Positions 1 through 14,658 of a DNA stretch of 64,000 nucleotides are shown in pieces. Made by a program: the position numbers and the translations under genes. How positions within the stretch are numbered: the first letter of the stretch is position 1; every line of letters starts with the position of its first letter. Under the pieces are notes generated by a model. The model saw only the letters and a list, made by a program, of their open reading frames with translations, searched no databases and was not told the origin of the DNA. The stretch is from Eledone cirrhosa. Its lineage: Eukaryota. The stretch is taken from the NCBI GenBank assembly GCA_964016885.1, contig OZ024740.1, positions 171,678,001 to 171,742,000 of the forward strand, given 5' to 3'.

Positions 1-777
1 AGAAAATCTATCTTCTTCTTGAATCATTATCCTGAAGTTAAATATAGTGAAGGAAGACTATATTGTTACTGGTAAAATAGAATTTCGAAGGGGTATATTT
101 CTAGGATACAGGCTCTCTGTGATGCTATTTATACTGTTAGTAAACCCCTTGTCCTTTATGCTGAGGAAATATGAATGATACCTGATTAGTTTACAGGCGG
201 CCAAAAGCATTAACCTAGCACATAGCTTCTTTAGTTTCTTTGTGGATGATCTGAAACTGTATGATAAGAATATAGATGGTATGAAGAAAATCCTTGACTT
301 GGGTACGACGTTCTCGAAAGAAATAGGAATAGACTTTGGCCAGAATAAGTGTTCTTATATGATTGTAAAGTAGGGAAAACTACAAGCCAATCTAGCAACA
401 TCTCTTTGAATAGCCAGACTGTTTCCCCTGTATCTAACGAGGACTGCTACAGCTACTTAGGGATATATGAAAATATATCTTATGATGGAAATTGTAACAA
501 GCAACGAGCAACCAGGAATATAACACCCAAATAAGAAGAATATGGTCACCAGAACTCTCCGTGTACAATAAATCAGTAGCTCACAATGTGTTTGCTGTGT
601 CTGTGCGGAAATGTTCACATTAACAGTGACATAGATCGCCTCTACCTAAAACGTAAGCGAGGAGGCAGAGGTTTAACATCAATCCAAACAACAATTGAGT
701 GTCGTATCATATCCTTCCGACAACATCTACATACCACCAAGCGTAGAAAACCATCCATAGAACAAGTTTTTACATGA
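1..777 (+). pseudogene. Degraded R4/Dong-like non-LTR retrotransposon RT fragment
   Basis: Broken frames give FFVDDLKLY (RT catalytic motif), IDFGQNKC, YSYLGIYE and SDIDRLYLKRKRGGRGL. These parallel FMDDLKLF, YKYLGVLE and SDVDRLYLRRSEGGRGL in the R4 copies at 32-39 kb. Stops and frameshifts are present. Confidence 0.8.
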
Positions 778-1074
778 TGTAAAATAGATGGGTCATTTTT
801 AGAAGGTCGAGTGACCATGAAGAATCTTGCTCACTGACTCAATAAAAACACTGGGTTCTATTGAATGGTGCAACGCTGTAAAAGTCTCAGAAACCCATCT
901 TGATATCTCTGCAAAATATTGTTGGGTTCACATAGATTTTCGTCATAAAAGAACAAGACAGCATTCGCACCAATATAAATAACAACAATAAAAACACCAA
1001 CAACAACAACTACGACAAAAATTACATCAGCGGGGTGTAAGGGTCTTTGGAGTAACATTACTCGATAAAGTGCG

Positions 1075-1402
1075 TAACTCAGAGATCAGAGTCACTCAAG
1101 GTAGAGCCACTACTTCTCCGAATTGAGAGATCACAGTTCCGATACTATGAGCATGTGGTTAGAATGTTTCAGGAAAGAATTGCTGGGCAGATTTTACGGG
1201 CGAAACCAACTGGCAGGAGACCCAGGGGTAGACCCCGAGCAAGATGGTTGGATAACATTCATGAGCTTCGCTGGTCTCGCTAGGGAATCCAGCCGGATTA
1301 GTTAGAGACGGTTGCTTCTGACAGGACCCGCTGGAAGGAGTGGTTGTTTGAGGATTCTGCCACCACGACCTTCTCAGGAATAAGTGGGCGAAGAAGAAGA
1401 AG
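1075..1402 (+). mobile_element. 3' fragment of RTE-like LINE
   Basis: Translates to ILRAKPTGRRPRGRPRARWLDNI...VASDRTRWKEW, typical of an RTE C-terminus, and ends in a (GAA)n tail. Confidence 0.6.
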
Positions 1403-1624
1403 GGATGCTAAATTCATCTGATTCGTAGCTAAATTTTAACAAGTGAACGTGGATTTTTTTTGGTATCAGCTGATGGCAAGCCTTATCATAGTTTTCTTAA
1501 GGAAGTTCTCCAATCTTAAGCTTCTTTCTCCATTTATTTCTATGCATCCCCCTCTCTCTCTTCCCCTCTCTTTTCTCATATACATATATGCACATACACA
1601 CGTACATACATATTTGTGTTAGTG

Positions 1625-2216
<592 letters not shown>

Positions 2217-2386
2217 TACGCGTGAGTGTGTGTTTGCATGTGTGTATGCGTGTGTTTGTGTGTACGCATGCGCGTGACCTACTCCTTAATTTCTAAAGTC
2301 AAGACAATGAAAGACTATTTAGCTTAGTTGATTGGGACATTGCGCTTTACATTTTGTGGGTTCTATCCCAATACTAAGCAGTCCTT

Positions 2387-2730
2387 GTGAAGCTACGTAG
2401 CTTAGTGGTTAGGGAGTTGGATTCACAATTGTGAGTTTGTGAGTTCGATTCCCGGACCGGACGATGCGTTGTGTCCCTAGGTAAGACATTTTATTTCACG
2501 TTGCTACTGTTCACTTAGCTGTAGAAATTAGTAGCGATGTCACTGGTGCCAAGCTGAATCGGTCGTTGCCTTTCCCTTGGTCGACATCGGTGGCGCGGAG
2601 AGGGAAAATTGGTATGCATGTGTGACTGCTGGCCTTCCACTAAAAACATTGCCCGGTCTTGTGGCTCGGTTGGTGGGACATTATATGTACAAAACCTATG
2701 ATTACTCGTGACCAAAAGGAGCCTTTTAAT
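2387..2730 (+). mobile_element. tRNA-derived CORE-type SINE (family 1)
   Basis: A box TAGCTTAGTGG, B box GTTCGATTCC, CORE-like TGTGTCCCTAGGTAAGACA; the body is shared with 44187-44475 and 47822-48157. Confidence 0.8.
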
Positions 2731-3761
2731 AAAGTCCTCGTGCAACTTTAAAAGTTAATAACTTTGGACGCACACACGATAGATATACGCCACAAACGAT
2801 ATATAAAAGCTTTATATAATTTTGAGTATTAGTATGTGTTCTTAAAATCTTTCTAATTATTTATAATTTATTGTTATTAATTAGCAACTCAGGAATGCTT
2901 TTAATTTGTTAGAATCACGGTTTGGTCGATATGTCAAGAAATATAGCATTTGCGCTGAATATTAGAAATAAGAGCTGTAGTCCATAAAATCTATAAATGA
3001 AACTTTATATGTTACATTTTTATCAAGTATATATGGAAGTTATCAACATTTGAAGTTGATCAAGAAATTTATAAACACTCTTTATACATGCTTACTCGTA
3101 CTTTAACTAAATATTGGCGTTTTATCAAATATATAAAACAGTCAAGCCACATTTAGCTCTGTTTCGTAGAGGGACTTGGTAATACTCGGCGGGTGATAGG
3201 CATGGCACCAACCATTTGGTTGCTGTTTTCGTTTCTGATCCAATTCCTTCAGTTTTTTTTCACGCTGTCTGCCGGAGGTATTACATCTCTCAGACTGTGA
3301 GTTTTCACTCCAGGGTCTTTTTCGAGTCCAGGTCGGGTACAGTTAGGTGGGAACGAACATTAAGTTTATCAGTCAGGCTTTCGTATCCATAAGTATGTTT
3401 TGGTTCTTTAAATGCGGTATTAATTGAAAGCTCACTGGGTTTGCCTTCTTTATTTCTCTTCCCAGCTTCTATAAGTATGCGAATCTTTATCCCCCCTCTC
3501 TCTCCCCTTCCCCCTCTTCCCCCTCTCGCTCTCTTGATATGTATACATCTTTGGATGAAAGAGAGAAAAGGAGTTCAAAGTATCGGACGCTAGTCCTTCG
3601 TCATGAGAGTACAAGTAGATAGACAAGAACCGAAAAGGGAGACATATGATTGTGTGTTGTTTTTAAGTTTTCATGTGTTTCACCGTATATATTGGCTGAA
3701 ACATTGTTCGTGATGGTGTTTAAGTGTTTCTGGCTAGTTTTTGTGTGTTTCAACGTATATA

Positions 3762-4012
3762 TTGCTTAATGGAGTTGGGCTTTCAATCGTGAGGTTGTGA
3801 TTTCGATTCCAGTTTACTTAACTGTAGAAATGAGTTGCGACGTCACAAGTGCCAAGATATATCGGCTTTTGCCTTTCTCATGGACAACATCGGTGGAGTG
3901 GAGAGGGGAGACCGGCATGGGTGACTGCTGGTTTTCCACAAACAATCTTGTCCGGATTTGTACCTCTAGGTACAAATCCCATGGTCATCGTGACCTAAGG
4001 GGATCTTTATCT
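3762..4012 (+). mobile_element. SINE family 1, internally deleted copy
   Basis: Body matches 2387-2730 (AACTGTAGAAATGAGTTGCGACGTCAC...GTGCCAAG). Confidence 0.7.
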
Positions 4013-4035
4013 TTTATATATATTCAATTGAATAA

Positions 4036-4222
4036 TAATTGTTTCTACTTTTGGTACAAGGCCAGCAATTACTCCAGTGCATTACTGGTACTTTATTTTA
4101 TCGACTCCGTAAGGATGAAAGGCAAAGTTGACCTCGGCGGGATTTGAACTCAGACCGTAAAGGGGCGTAACTCTATGCTGCAAAGCATGGCGTCCAACCC
4201 TTTACCGATACTGTCAATCCAT
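4036..4222 (-). mobile_element. tRNA-derived SINE family 2 (Meta-domain-like)
   Basis: Reverse complement of GAGTTCAAATCCCGCCGAGGTCAACTTTGCCTTTCATCCTTACGG..GTCGATAAAATAAAGTACCAG. Other copies lie at about 43545-43665, 44485-44590, 51901-52090, 55650-55845, 58760-58881, 61390-61455 and 62385-62520. Confidence 0.75.
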
Positions 4223-4837
4223 GTACTTTTCACTGTTGTTGTAAACATACAATAGTATGTTCGAAGGCTTTATTACATGTCTGTACAATGAACTATGTTA
4301 GCTGTTGAAACGCATTGCATGTGTGTGCGTGTATGTGTTTGTGTGTTCACGTGTGTGCGTTCGTGTGTGTGCATGCATGTGTTTGTGCGTGTGTAAACCT
4401 TTGTCTAGAGCACCGAGTATAAGATATACAGCAAAATAAGTTGCTCCTATGTTTTCTCCAAAAGCCATAACACACTTGGATAAACAAACCTTGGACAGAT
4501 GCAGATAACCAACACATCTTATCCCGAGTGGACACATGCTATAAACAGAATTGTTTGCTTCTCCCACTCCCAGTCTTATTTACTTTCCTGTAACTAACTC
4601 TGTCTTCTTTCTACCTACCTTGTTTTCTTCACTTTCTCTCACTTATCAATCTCTATTTCTCTCTTTTCTCTTTCCCCTTGGCTTCTTGTACATTTTTTTT
4701 TCCATCCTGAAACGCAACTCCTTATTCACATAGACAGACACATCTGATCGTTTATGTTACAGATTGCACAACTTATATATATATATGTATATATAGGTCC
4801 CGGGTTCAATCGGAGGTAACCACAGTAAATAGAAGCC

Positions 4838-4907
<70 letters not shown>

Positions 4908-7036
4908 TTATTAATTATAAGAACAGAATATATATACAAAGCAGGGAGCCCGACGGCTGAGCTCTTGCCGTTTCAACAGCTAATTTCCTGCTTCATCTAC
5001 CGTATCAAGTGACAATATAGATGCTTCAAGGCTGGCTTGGTATATAAAAAATGTTATTGTTGCTGCTCTTGTCAGCCATGATTGAATAGACCTACGCTAA
5101 AAGAAGTTTAAAAAGATTGTTCCATCCTTTTATATACCAGGGACTACAATATTTAATGTGTCCTTTATTTTGAAGAGTGTATGGTATGATTTAAAGGAAA
5201 TTTACCTCCTTTTTCTAGCAGGCTGTACAGTAGTTAGTTGGTAGACTTAAGATGTCGGCCAATTTAACATCCCCACTCAGTCTTTGTGTGCCTTTAGAGG
5301 AACCCACTTCGTTATAAGCATTTAGGCCTGCTCTCTGGTATAAAGATAACTCCTTCCCTGCATCCTATTAGTCTTGAGACTCTAAAAGGAGTTACAAACA
5401 TTGCCTTTCACTCCCTACCTAAACATTAAAAACGTTTGTATATCAAGTTCTGTGTGTTTGAGTGAAAGTGAGAATGAGAGGAAAAGAGAAAAACATAATA
5501 TGCCTTTATAAATGATTTTATATTTGTATATGTTCTAATAGAAGAAACCTGGAAATGATCGGTTAACCTCCTAGAAATACCAGTCAATTGTTACCATACA
5601 TACATAGACATTCTGGAATAATCCAGAAAATATTTTGTTAATTTCATCAATTTTATTTTATTTCTGTTTTCGAATCATCAACTGAACTCAACTAAAAGTA
5701 TTGACTACTTTGTCCTTCATCTATATATAAACTCGTAATAAACAAGAAAGTAGAGCAGTGGTATTTTATTTTGAATAGCCTGACAATTTTAAGCATAGAA
5801 AGCAAATGTACAGTGTTAATGGATGATACGAGCCATAAACAAGAAATAAGCTGCTCTCAGGCGGAGTTGTCGGCTCGTTTGAAGTCATTTCATTTCACAC
5901 ACGTTGCTAATACCCTTGAGAAAATTATGGTTATCAATAACTCCTATCGCCCACCCCCCCAAAAAAAAATATAGAACCCTTTGTGTTTAGTCAAAGTTAT
6001 TCCAATATAACATCAACTGGTATTTGCTAAGTGATGTTACTATCGATCACTAAATCGTAGAAGGCAATCAATTTTTCTTGTTGAAAACGATTACAAATGT
6101 GTTGGACTGTGTCTCGTGTAAAACTAATTATTAGTTTTCTATTACTTTAGGTTATGTTAGATTGGAGAAGAAATATTCGGGGTGTTTCAGAACAAGACGT
6201 TTACTTTTGTGGGAATATATGATAGAATTGCTTACATCCCCAAGTCAAGGTGCATGAGTTCATTGAGAAATCGGCAAATTTTTTACTATACATAGGCAAG
6301 GAAAACTAGTTAGGTATTGTTGCACTACCGCGAAAGCCCTCAAGTAAATTTGAGTTTTCAGTAAAAGGGAGCTATCGTTTTGATAAAATAAATCTCTAGT
6401 GTTAAGTACTCAGATATGTGATACACATTCAAAACAATATTTAAGTTAGTGTTAGGATAATGAATTCAGAGAGCATGTAACGAGGAAATGATAACATTAG
6501 ATGATAACATTAAACGGTTACATTAGATGTTTATTTATCATATACTGAATATAATTAGTTTGTGATTTTTTAAAAGTGTTTTTCTTTAGTTATTGTTCAA
6601 GTGAACTAGAGTTAAGTCACCCTTGATGAAGCAAACCTATCAGAAATGAAGTTTCTATTGCCATTATTCATCGGTTTTAGGGTTATCTAGGACTATATAA
6701 TCTTATGGGTTCACCTTTAAAAATGGGAGCGTATATTTTGAAGGAGATGTGGTTATTTCTCGCATATTAAGTGACCACCTGGAAGCTTTTCTCTAGGAAC
6801 ATCTTGTAGATTCTTACAGCTGGTGATAAAGTACATTTATTCGATGTTTTGCAGCCTTGAAAACTGCACTGAAAGTCACACCGTCTTTAGCTAATGACTG
6901 GCAGTATTAAGTATTTATACATATGGGTGTGTCTGTGTGTGCCTGTGTGCATATATATATATGTGTGTGTGTTGTGTGTGTGTGTGTGTCTGTATTTGTG
7001 TGCATATATATATATCTGTGTGTGTGTGTGTATTTG

Positions 7037-7120
<84 letters not shown>

Positions 7121-7223
7121 TATGAATATATGTATGTGCATATATATATATATATATATATATAGTTTTTTAAAAAGTAAACAGAACAAAAACAGAAAAA
7201 CCAAGAGGCAGTACAAATGATAT

Positions 7224-7266
<43 letters not shown>

Positions 7267-7557
7267 GGCATAGTGGGGAGTCTACGAGTTCTAAAAGTAG
7301 GATATCGAAGGATGTTTTTTTATATATATAGTCAACAAAATAACATAAACATGGTTGCCTTAATATCTGGCTTCTATAAGATCTAAAATTTGGGACAGAT
7401 ATGAACAGATATGAAAAGTATAGAAGTATACACACATGCACACATATGGATGTACATACGCAGATACACACACACTCATACACACACATACACCTCTGTG
7501 TGTGTATTGGATGTGTATGTATATATGCACGTACATTTTTACATATACATATATATT

Positions 7558-7617
<60 letters not shown>

Positions 7618-7820
7618 TATGTACACGTACATACATATATGTATATAGACGTACAGTAGTATGTATATATATATACATACATGCACACATATATATATGT
7701 ACGTATGGATTCACCGAATATTTATTATAATGCTCGGTGTGTTTGTAAACAAACATCCCGTATTAAGCCGTAGTGTCTAGCAACCATCGTTGCTCGTTTG
7801 TTCAACACTGACAATGTAAC

Positions 7821-7862
7821 AGCCGTACTAGTTTCAAACTTATTAGCTATCGTCAGCAACGT
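7821..7862 (-). ncRNA. Type I hammerhead ribozyme (inverted monomer)
   Basis: Minus strand reads ACGUUG-CUGACGA-U-AGCU-AAUA-AGUU-U-GAAACUAGUA-CGGC; helix I is weaker than in the plus-strand copies. Confidence 0.7.
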
Positions 7863-8407
7863 ATACCTTCCTGCCAGATTGTTGAACGTATATACTTACC
7901 TTATGCATATTAACGGTTGAGTAGCCCAATTTGCATATCGAGTGGGTTAATCGGCCGGGTGCACCGACAACGATAAACGGAAAAAATGAAACGAAATTTC
8001 GTTCCCCACTCTTAGTACAGCTGTTACTTTGTCAGTGTTGAACAAACGAGCAACGAAGGTTGCTAGACACTACGGCTTAATACGGGATGTTTGTTTAGAA
8101 ACACACCGAGCATTATAATAAATGTTCGGTGAATCCATGCGTACATATATATATGTGTGCATGTATGTATATATATATATATATACATACTACTGTACGT
8201 CTGTATACATATATGTATGTACGTGTACATACTTATATTTAAGTAACAGCGGTACTAAGAGTGGAAAATGTAATTTCGTTTCATTTTTTCCGTTTATCGT
8301 TGTCGGTGCACCCGGCCGATTAACCCACTCGATATGCAAATTGGGCTACTCAACCGTTAATATGCATAAGGTAAGTATATACGTTCAACAATCTGGCAGG
8401 AAGGTAT

Positions 8408-8450
8408 ACGTTGCTGACGATAGCTAATAAGCTTGAAACTAGTACAGCGT
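8408..8450 (+). ncRNA. Type I hammerhead ribozyme, unit 1
   Basis: Helix I ACGUUG/CAGCGU, core CUGACGA...GAAA, helix II AGCU-AAUA-AGCU, palindromic helix III ACUAGU; predicted cleavage after GUA at 8444. Confidence 0.85.
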
Positions 8451-8837
8451 TCCTTTGTCAGTGTTGAACAAACGAGCAACGATGGTTGCTAGACACTACG
8501 GCTTAATACGGGATGTTTGTTTACAAACACACCGAGCATTATAATAAATGTTCGGTGAATCCATACGTACATATATATATATATATATATGTGTGCATGT
8601 ATGTATATATATACACATACTACTGTACGTCTGTATACATATATGTATGTACGTGTACATACTTATATTTAAGTAACAGCCGTACTAAGAGTGGGAAATG
8701 AAATTTCGTTTCATTTTTTCCGTTTATCGTTTTCGGGGCACCCGGCCCATTAACCCACTCGATATGGAAATTGGGCTACTCAACCGTTAATATGCATAAG
8801 GTAAGTATATACGTTCAACAATCTGGCAGGAAGGTAT

Positions 8838-8880
8838 ACGTTGCTGACGATAGCTAATAAGCTTGAAACTAGTACAGCGT
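8838..8880 (+). ncRNA. Type I hammerhead ribozyme, unit 2
   Basis: Identical to 8408-8450. Confidence 0.85.
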
Positions 8881-9268
8881 TCCTTTGTCAGTGTTGAACA
8901 AACGAGCAACGATGGTTGCTAGACACTACGGCTTAATACGGGATGTTTGTTTACAAACACACCGAGCATTATAATAAATGTTCGGTGAATCCATACGTAC
9001 ATATATATATATATATATGTGTGCATGTATGTATATATATATACACATACTACTGTACGTCTGTATACATATATGTATGTACGTGTACATACTTATATTT
9101 AAGTAACAGCCGTACTAAGAGTGGGAAATGAAATTTCGTTTCATTTTTTTCCGTTTATCGTTTTCGGGGCACCCGGCCGATTAACCCACTCGATATGCAA
9201 ATTGGGCTACTCAGACGTTAATATGCATAAGGTAAGTATATACGTTCAACAATTTGGCAGGAAGGTAT

Positions 9269-9311
9269 ACGTTGCTGACGATAGCTAATAAGCTTGAAAT
9301 TAGTACAGCGT
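9269..9311 (+). ncRNA. Type I hammerhead ribozyme, unit 3
   Basis: Same motif with GAAAUUAGUA (C to U, giving a U-G pair in helix III). Confidence 0.75.
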
Positions 9312-9692
9312 TCCTTTGTCAGTGTTGAACAAACGAGCAACGATGGTTGCTAGACACTCCGGCTTAATACGGGATGTTTGTTTACAAACACACCGAGCAT
9401 TATAATAAATGTTCGGTGAATCCATACGTACATATTTATATATGTGTGCATGTATGTATATATATATACATACTACTGTACATCTGTATACATATATGTA
9501 TGTACGCGTACATAGTTATATTTAAGTAACAGCCGTACTAAGAGTGGGAAATGAAATTTCGTTTCATTTTTTTTCCGTTTATCGTTTTCGGTGCACCCGG
9601 CCCATTAACCCACTCGATATGCAAATTGGGCTACTCAGCCGTTAATATGCTTAAGGTAAGTACATACGTTCAACAATCTGGCAGGAAGGTAT

Positions 9693-9735
9693 ACGTTGCT
9701 GACGATAGCTAATAAGCTTGAAACTAGTACAGCGT
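9693..9735 (+). ncRNA. Type I hammerhead ribozyme, unit 4
   Basis: Identical to 8408-8450. Confidence 0.85.
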
Positions 9736-10114
9736 TCCTTTGTCAGTGTTGAACAAACGAGCAACGATGGTTACTAGACACTACGACTTAATACGGGATG
9801 TTTGTTTACAAACACACCGAGCATTATAATAAATGTTCGGTGAATCCATACGTACATATATATATATGTGTGCATGTATGTATATATATACACATACTAC
9901 TGTACGTCTGTATACATATATGTATGTACGTGTATATACTTATATTTAAGTAACAGCCGTACTAAGAGTGGGAAATGAAATTTCGTTTCATTTTTTCCGT
10001 TTATCGTTTTCGGGGCACCCGGCCGATTAACCCACTCGATATGCAAATTGGGCTACTCAGACGTTAATATGCATAAGGTAAGTATATACGTTCAACAATC
10101 TGGCATGAAGGTAT

Positions 10115-10157
10115 ACGTTGCTGACGATAGCTAATAAGCTTGAAACTAGTACAGCGT
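10115..10157 (+). ncRNA. Type I hammerhead ribozyme, unit 5
   Basis: Identical to 8408-8450. Confidence 0.85.
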
Positions 10158-10419
10158 TCCTTTGTCAGTGTTGAACAAACGAGCAACTATGATTGCTAGA
10201 CACTACGGCTTAATACAGGATGTTTGTTTACAAACACACCGAGCATTATAATAAATGTTCGGTGAATCCACACGTACATATATATATGTGTGCATGTATG
10301 TATATATATACATACTACTGTACATCTGTATACATATATGTATGTACGTGTACATACTTATATTTAAGTAACAGCCGTACTAAGAGTGGGAAATGAAATT
10401 TCGTTTCATTTTTTCCGTT

Positions 10420-10496
<77 letters not shown>

Positions 10497-10537
10497 ATAA
10501 TATTAATAAATGGAAACTATCTTTATAAAACCATATT

Positions 10538-10599
10538 TATTTTATTATACATATTTGAAGGGTACCAACACTTTTGGTACGATCTCATCAGATAAAATA
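10538..10599 (-). ncRNA. Degenerate hammerhead motif (family shared with 49410-49470)
   Basis: Helix I UAUUUUAU/AUAAAAUA, intact CUGAUGA and a GUACCAA/UUGGUAC hairpin, but CAAAU replaces GAAAU. Confidence 0.55.
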
Positions 10600-11209
10600 C
10601 CAAAGTTGTTTTATAGATAGTGACATATCCCTAAACAAGAACTTATCGTTTTAGTTTTGTGTGTGAATATATGACTTGATTTTTTCATTTTTTCCTCTCT
10701 TTACGTTGCCTCACCATTCGTCTTTATTTACATGTCTCTCTTTCTCCACCCAACTCTTTTTATCCCAATAACTTATTTTAGTTATTGTATCGCCCTAGCT
10801 GGAGGTATATTGTCTGTAATGCGAAGAAATACCTATGATGGCTAGTAGACAACTGATGACGGATATTACTAACTTTTATTTCTAATTCTTCATTTATTAT
10901 ATATATATATATGAACATACATACCAACGTGTGTGTGTATTTATGGTGGTGGGAATGGATATAGCTCTTTCAAGTGCCATCGGAGGCTTTTGAGCATAAC
11001 ACTAAAAGAAAACTTAACACTGGTCAATTATATAGTTCTCCCATTCTTCACTTTAGCCATTTATCAATTTACATACAAATACATGGAGACATTAAGGATT
11101 AACTGTCATTGTGGTTGTACAAACTGTAATACCAGTGATATATTTACAACATGGCAGCTTGTAAGTCTCTTCCTCTTTCTCCTTCTCAACATATTCAAAA
11201 CAAATTCAA

Positions 11210-11450
11210 GTTTATTCCAGCCCCGGAGGCTCAACAGGCAAGAGTTTATCCCAGTTTCACCGGAGAATGCTAGAAAGGACGCCAGTCCACCGCAAGGTTA
11301 ATTCCTAGCTACTGCTGGTACTCATTTTCAGCTGAGTCTATTGGAGCAACCCGAAATGAAGTGTTTTGCTCAAGAACACAACAGAACCACCTGGCTCAGG
11401 AATCGTATCCCCGACCATATGATCATAAGTTCAACCACCATGCCACTCGA
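11210..11450 (-). mobile_element. tRNA-derived CORE-type SINE
   Basis: Reverse complement has GAGTGGCATGG...GATACGATTCCTGAGCC...GTGTTCTTGAGCAAAACACTTCATTTC. Confidence 0.65.
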
Positions 11451-11589
11451 CGTCACTCTCTCTCTCACTTCTCCCTCTCTCTTTCTGTATATACATACAT
11501 ACATACATACACACACACGCACGCACACACACACACACACACATATATATATACATATATATGTATGTATGTATATATATATATATATG

Positions 11590-11769
<180 letters not shown>

Positions 11770-13179
11770 TATGTGTGTATATATTGGGAGCTACCAACTA
11801 GCTTAGTAAAACCACATTCAGCTAGGTACTCGATACTCGAAAAAACAATAGCAGAGTATATGTATAGTTAAACGTTATTGCCCGACTGCTGAGCTCAAGC
11901 CGTTTCAAAGGCGAATCCACTCGCAGTTGAAACACAGCGGGGTTTACAGTGGAAGTGCATATGAAGGCATATACAATACGTATATATATAATACACATAC
12001 ATAAATCTCATGATCATGTCACATCAGTGTTTCAGGATTTTTTTTATCCATCTTCAAGGGCATTCACTAACTTGGTCCTAAGATTGGAATAAGCTATAAC
12101 TCATATTAATGTTGTGTAGAAAACTTCTGCTGGAATATTTCATTGGCATATAGAGCGTGCTCGATTTTGTTCAGGATAATTAGCAGTAACACTAACAGTG
12201 TGATTTATAAGAAAGATATATAAGAAAGCACGTTTATTATACATAAACATATTGTATATGACTTCCGATACACATCTATGTGTATGTATGTATGCAAAGG
12301 GCGGAAGAACTCAAAAGAGTCAAGGACCATCCAAAAATGTGTAAATATGTATATATATACACATGTACATATGTATATATATGTATATATGTATATGCAT
12401 GTGTACATGTGTATGTATATGCGCGGAGACATATACATAGTCGGGCTGGATACCCGATCGCGCGGTTAAAACCACTGGGAGTGAAGGAACCCTAGCCTTT
12501 GTCAGGGCATCAAGGCATTCTTTTAAGAGAAGGCAACTCAGGAAACTGGGATAACTCCGATATAAAGCCTGCGGCTCAGTAGTTACTGATGATGTTGACC
12601 TTTACTTCTTTTCGGGTTATAGCTGCTGTCGCTCAGAGAGTGGGATTGGCTCAGTGCACAGTTTTTCTTCACTTAAAATCTTCACGCACAGGCATTGCAC
12701 GATAGAATTAATTGATAATTATTAATAATGGTATATCGCGTAATGGCCATACTCGATAATGAGGGGGCAGCCATCATGTATGTATGCATGCATGTATGTC
12801 TGTACGTATATATGTACGTACGTACGTTCGTATGTCTGTCTGTCTGTCTGTCTGTCTGTATGTATGTATGTGTGCATGCATGTATGCATGTATGTATGCA
12901 TGCATGCATGTAGGTACGTATATATGTACGCACGTACATATGTATGTATGTAAGTATGTCTGTCTGCCTGTCTGTCTGTATGTATGTATGTACAAACCTA
13001 TTAACCCTTTTATATGTCAAAATATACGAACGAATACAGATGACGTATGGATATACGAAAGAAACATTGCTTCGACATTAATATATATATATATGTTTAT
13101 ATGGTAATCTCTGCCTATGCTTTCATGCCTCTGTATAGCGGGAATAACTATAAATGGTGCTCATATTACACACACACAC

Positions 13180-13331
<152 letters not shown>

Positions 13332-13332
13332 G

Positions 13333-13507
<175 letters not shown>

Positions 13508-13838
13508 GCATATATATATATATATATATACACATATATATATTACATATATATACATATATATACATATAAGGTGCGTATGATGTGAATGTGTTTGAGT
13601 GTATTTGTAAGATAAATGCGTTACACTCAGAAATTAACTATCTAAATGACACCAGGACTTAGTTTACGGACTAGTATTCTTAATGTAATACATCGCATTT
13701 TCCTCATTGACCTAAAATTAAAAGCAAAAAGCCAAAAAATAAATAAATAAAAAGCATTACGAACTTGTCAATCCCTGATGTTCCCTGATGTAAACAATAT
13801 ATATATATATATATAAATATATATATGTATAAATATAT

Positions 13839-13869
<31 letters not shown>

Positions 13870-13870
13870 A

Positions 13871-14021
<151 letters not shown>

Positions 14022-14194
14022 TGCGCCAGCACCCAAAGTGTACAATAAATTGATATCTGTTCACGTACAGATTTGGTAACCGAAACTGCACCAATGCATA
14101 TATCTAATATGTAGGCATGTAAACATGCCAGAAATCGAACAAAAAAATGATAATAACTTTTAATCGACTTTTGGATCTAATTGGGATCTCAGCA

Positions 14195-14420
14195 GAAGGC
14201 GTGTATATAAATGAACACAATTTAGTGGTTAGAGAATTGGATTCGCAATCGTGAGGTCACGAGTTCTATTCCCGGACCGAGCGATGCGTTATATCCTTGA
14301 GCAAGACACTTTATTTCACGTAGCTATGTCTGCCAGGAGTATCGGAAAGACTAATGGAAACATTGTTTCTTTGGTCCGATTTAACGAGTGCCATCCACTC
14401 GGTAAGGCCTGGGATCTTGT
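14195..14420 (+). mobile_element. tRNA-derived CORE-type SINE (body shared with 57398-57600)
   Basis: TTAGTGGTTAGAG...GAGTTCTATTCCCGG...TCCTTGAGCAAGACACTTTATTTC. Confidence 0.7.
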
Positions 14421-14578
14421 CCATCATTTCGATATATATATATATATATAAATATCTCTCTATATATATATATATATATTTAGAGAGAGAAGGGGAAGAG
14501 GGGCGAGAGAGAGAGAGAGAGAAAGATAGGGAGAGAGACAGGGAGAGAGAGAGAGAGAGACAGAGAGAGAGAGAGAGG

Positions 14579-14658
<80 letters not shown>

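Larger units (their letters stand above)
7613..10420 (+). repeat. Retrozyme-like tandem array: ~5.6 direct units of 422-431 bp (8018-10420) preceded by one inverted monomer (7613-~8028)
   Basis: Near-identical units, differing mainly in internal (TA)n length. Each complete unit carries an HHR, and the array is flanked by (TA)n and (CA)n. Confidence 0.92.

Noticed and set aside
3570-3612. Hammerhead-like AUGACGA-AGGAC..GUCC-GAUAC on the minus strand
   Set aside because: Two core mismatches and no convincing helix I or III; at most a relic.
8122-9131. Repeated short ORFs (MFVYKHTEH...) in the 425-bp array
   Set aside because: The frame changes with internal (TA)n length between units; conservation is at the RNA-structure level.
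10853-10875. CTGATGA matches here and near 12586
   Set aside because: No helix II or downstream GAAA..UH arrangement.
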